A stretch of 64,000 nt of DNA. Origin: Octopus sinensis. Taxonomy: Eukaryota. Below, in pieces: positions 61,501 to 64,000 of this stretch. Where the stretch lies: contig NC_043009.1 of assembly GCF_006345805.1 (NCBI RefSeq), positions 68,882,001 through 68,946,000 on the forward strand, written 5' to 3'. Position 1 is the stretch's first letter. Each line of letters begins with the position of its first letter. The notes under the pieces are model-generated. The model did not search any database and was not told where the DNA came from. It saw only the letters and a list, made by a program, of their open reading frames with translations. A program made the translations under genes and the position numbers.

Positions 61501-63856
61501 ACGAAAGGAAGAGATAAAACAGAAAGAAAAGAAAATATAATTACTACATCATCATCATTAAACGTCCATTTTCCATGCTGGCATGGGTTAGACAGAAACT
61601 GACACGCCAGAGAGCTGTATGAGGTTCCGGTTGTATGTTTTGGCACTATTTTGTTTCTACAGCTGGAGACCCTAACTCTAAAACCAACCACTTTACAATG
61701 TGTACTTATCATCTTCATCGTTTAATGTCCACTTATCATGTTGGCATGGTTGGACAGTTTGACAGGAGCTAGCTAGGCAGAGGACTGAACCAGGCTTCAG
61801 GGACGGTTTTGGCATGGCTTCTTACGGCCGAATGCCATTCCTAACACCAGACTCCCTGTTGCATGGACTGAAAACTCAATCATTGCTGACTGGGTTTTTT
61901 TTTTTTTGTGGCACCAAAAACAGTAACACCATTCAACCACACAAATAAAGTCTGCATTGTATCTAAGCAAAAGAAACCATTCCCAGAAGTACAATTGCAG
62001 GAATAATCCCATTGCTATTCCTCAGATTTTGTATTCTGTTATGATGTGGCTACACACGTCTGGTGTAAAATGGTATTACACAAATAGTTGGTTGTGGTTA
62101 CCTAAAAATAACCTATTGCAGAAATGTATGAAGATAGTTTTAGACAAAATAAAACAACTTTCCTAAAATACCTTTACTTTCTTATCTCATCAGTAAGAGA
62201 GAAGGTGAGGCTAAAACATCAAAACAGTCTCTTAAATAAGAGATTAGTAGCAGACAGTAAGTTACCTTAACAGTTCCGTCATCATCTCCAGAAGCCAGAA
62301 AATGGTCACCCAACAGAAGTAAGCTGTAAATTGCTGACCTGGAAATGAAGAAAAAGTTGCTCTTTTTAGAAACATTATGTTAATTAAAAGATCGTCAAAG
62401 GAAAGTATTGTGAGTTAGAGATGGAGTACAGGCAAGTCTGGTTGGAGTGGGTCTGTTTTCAACCCTAACCACAAGTGATGAATTTGTGTCTTAATTAAAA
62501 AGCATTATCGTAATTTCTTGAATGTAATTTTTGCAAAGCAATAGAATTACTTATCGAATATGAATTTAGCATTAAAAAACAACACGTTTTGGTTAAATTA
62601 ATACCATATTTTCCAGCATACAAATCAATGTAGAATATAGTGTAAACATTTGAACATCATCATTATCTTTGCAAATCCTGCTGCTATTCGCATGGAATCT
62701 TCGATCCTTCAAACTTACCTTGGTTTATGAGTCAACCAACATTTTTTAGCTGCAAATTTATTTTGAAAAATCTGATTTATGGTAATTATTATATTCTATC
62801 CAGTATATTTTTAAAAAACTGTTCATGCACAGCACAAGAATATATATACAACAGGATTCCATAGTTTCCATCTACCAAATCCACTTCCAAGGCTTTGGTT
62901 AGTCTCAGGCCATAGTAAAAGACACTTGCTGAAGGTGCCACACAATAGGGCCAAACCCAAAACCATGATTGGGAAGCAGGCCTCTGCATTGCCCCTGTAC
63001 TGTTGAGCCCCTTAAACAAAGTGAAACAACTGAACTAGGAACCCTAGAGACCAATCATGGGAACAACTGTAATCTGTGTGATTTGCTGAATGCCATGCCA
63101 ATGGAAAAAATGACCTCTAATTTTATTAGTGGTGTAGGTCACCTGATGATAAACCATGTCTGCAACAGACAACTGATCTCAAGAATTCAAAGTGGCTGAA
63201 AGGCAATGAGCTGGCAGAATCTTTGGCATGCCAGGCAAGAGGCTTTCTGCCATTTCCTCCATCTTTGCATTCTGAGTTCAAATTCCACCAAAGTCAACTT
63301 TGCCTTTCATCTTTTCAGGGATGATGAAATAAATACAAGATAAACACTGGGGCCAATCATCATCATCATCATCATCATTTAACATCCACTTTCCATGCTA
63401 GCATGGGTTGGACGATTTGACTGAGGGATGGCGAACCAGACTCGATTCTGATCTGGCAGAGTTTCTACAGCTGGATGCTCTTCCTAACGCCAACCATTCC
63501 ATGAGTGTAGTTGAATGAACTCAACTAATCCCCCTCCCCAGAAATTGCTGGCCTTGAAACCAATGATTTGAAATGACTGAAATCTAAATGGTTAGCAATG
63601 GTAAAAGTAATGTGGTGGATTAAGCTGTTCTAAATTAGCAACATTATATGTGATGTCCATAATTACTTACTCGTGGGCCGTTTTGTTGTGCCAGGTGACA
63701 GCACCAGTATTCATATCCACAGCTGCAATTGACTTGTCTTTGGAACCGCTGTACAAGATGGTGCCATCAGACGAGAACTGTATGCATCGACATGACTTCT
63801 TGTGGTGCTCCAGCAGCAGGAGATCTTGGTTGTCGCCTTCAACTGCATAGGAATGC
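58009..63856 (-). CDS. WDR55: WD repeat-containing protein 55 (nucleolar, rRNA processing); last five coding exons, 5' end outside window
   Basis: complement(join(63671-63856,62266-62338,61290-61496,59977-60146,58009-58591)), all GT-AG and phase-consistent. Translation HHKKSCRCIQFSSDG..SGSKDKSI / ASGDDDGTVKVWDLR / AASGEGTL / VVCGTGEG..DRFPGH / LPNRFLG..ASCSHDQTVKFW..DDFFADF is colinear with WDR55. Confidence 0.93.
59977..60146 (-). CDS. WDR55: WDR55 exon (NGRKVVCGTGEG...GSLDGAVR)
   Basis: minus-strand AG/GTAAGT flanks, 170 nt. Confidence 0.93.
60740..60930 (+). mobile_element. RTE-clade LINE C-terminal fragment
   Basis: RRPKV..RWLDDIHNL resembles the RTE GRPxxRWxDxI motif; degraded. Confidence 0.5.
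61290..61496 (-). CDS. WDR55: WDR55 exon (VWDLRAKEASMELK...SVAIIK)
   Basis: minus-strand AG/GT flanks, 207 nt. Confidence 0.93.
62266..62338 (-). CDS. WDR55: WDR55 exon (SAIYSLLLLGDHFLASGDDDGTVK)
   Basis: minus-strand AG/GT flanks, 73 nt. Confidence 0.92.
63671..63856 (-). CDS. WDR55: WDR55 exon (HSYAVEGDNQ...KTAHE)
   Basis: minus-strand ctgcag acceptor and GTAAGT donor, 186 nt. Confidence 0.92.
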
Positions 63857-64000
63857 CTGCAGATAGAACAAAAGACATCTTCTGAGGTGAGATCAAGAGA
63901 TGGAGTACATGCAAATTGCTGTTGAGGGATACTGGCATACTATGGCCTAGTGATGACCCTTTTGATACCAACACCACCCGAGACAGCCCTTGCTTTTACG

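Overview
AT-rich eukaryotic genomic DNA, most likely a coleoid cephalopod (Octopus-like). The organism is inferred from the repeat landscape and protein similarity, not from a database search. Two intron-rich genes converge tail-to-tail. (1) A complete 28-exon CYFIP/Sra-1 gene on + (ATG 930 to TAA 39125; 3774 nt spliced, 1257 aa; every intron GT-AG and phase-consistent). (2) The last five coding exons of WDR55 on - (63856 down to 58009; the 5' end lies outside the window). Introns and the ~19 kb intergenic region are packed with at least three tRNA-derived or (GAT)n-tailed SINE-like families, CR1/L2/RTE LINE fragments, TTAA-flanked MITEs and microsatellites. Almost all short ORFs in the track are repeat-derived or antisense noise. 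The most unusual object is a 406-bp insertion (57109-57514) flanked by a 13-bp direct repeat. It combines a tRNA-like Pol III promoter with two inverted ~110-bp arms, each carrying a minimal Penelope-type hammerhead ribozyme core, so it is a candidate hammerhead-bearing SINE/foldback retroposon. The CYFIP pre-mRNA also shows several candidate RNA-structure and splicing controls: a hairpin burying the exon 6 donor, a SINE supplying a poison donor at exon 25, a GC-AG 3'UTR intron and a 115-bp near-perfect hairpin. Exon coordinates were read by eye; repeat boundaries are approximate.
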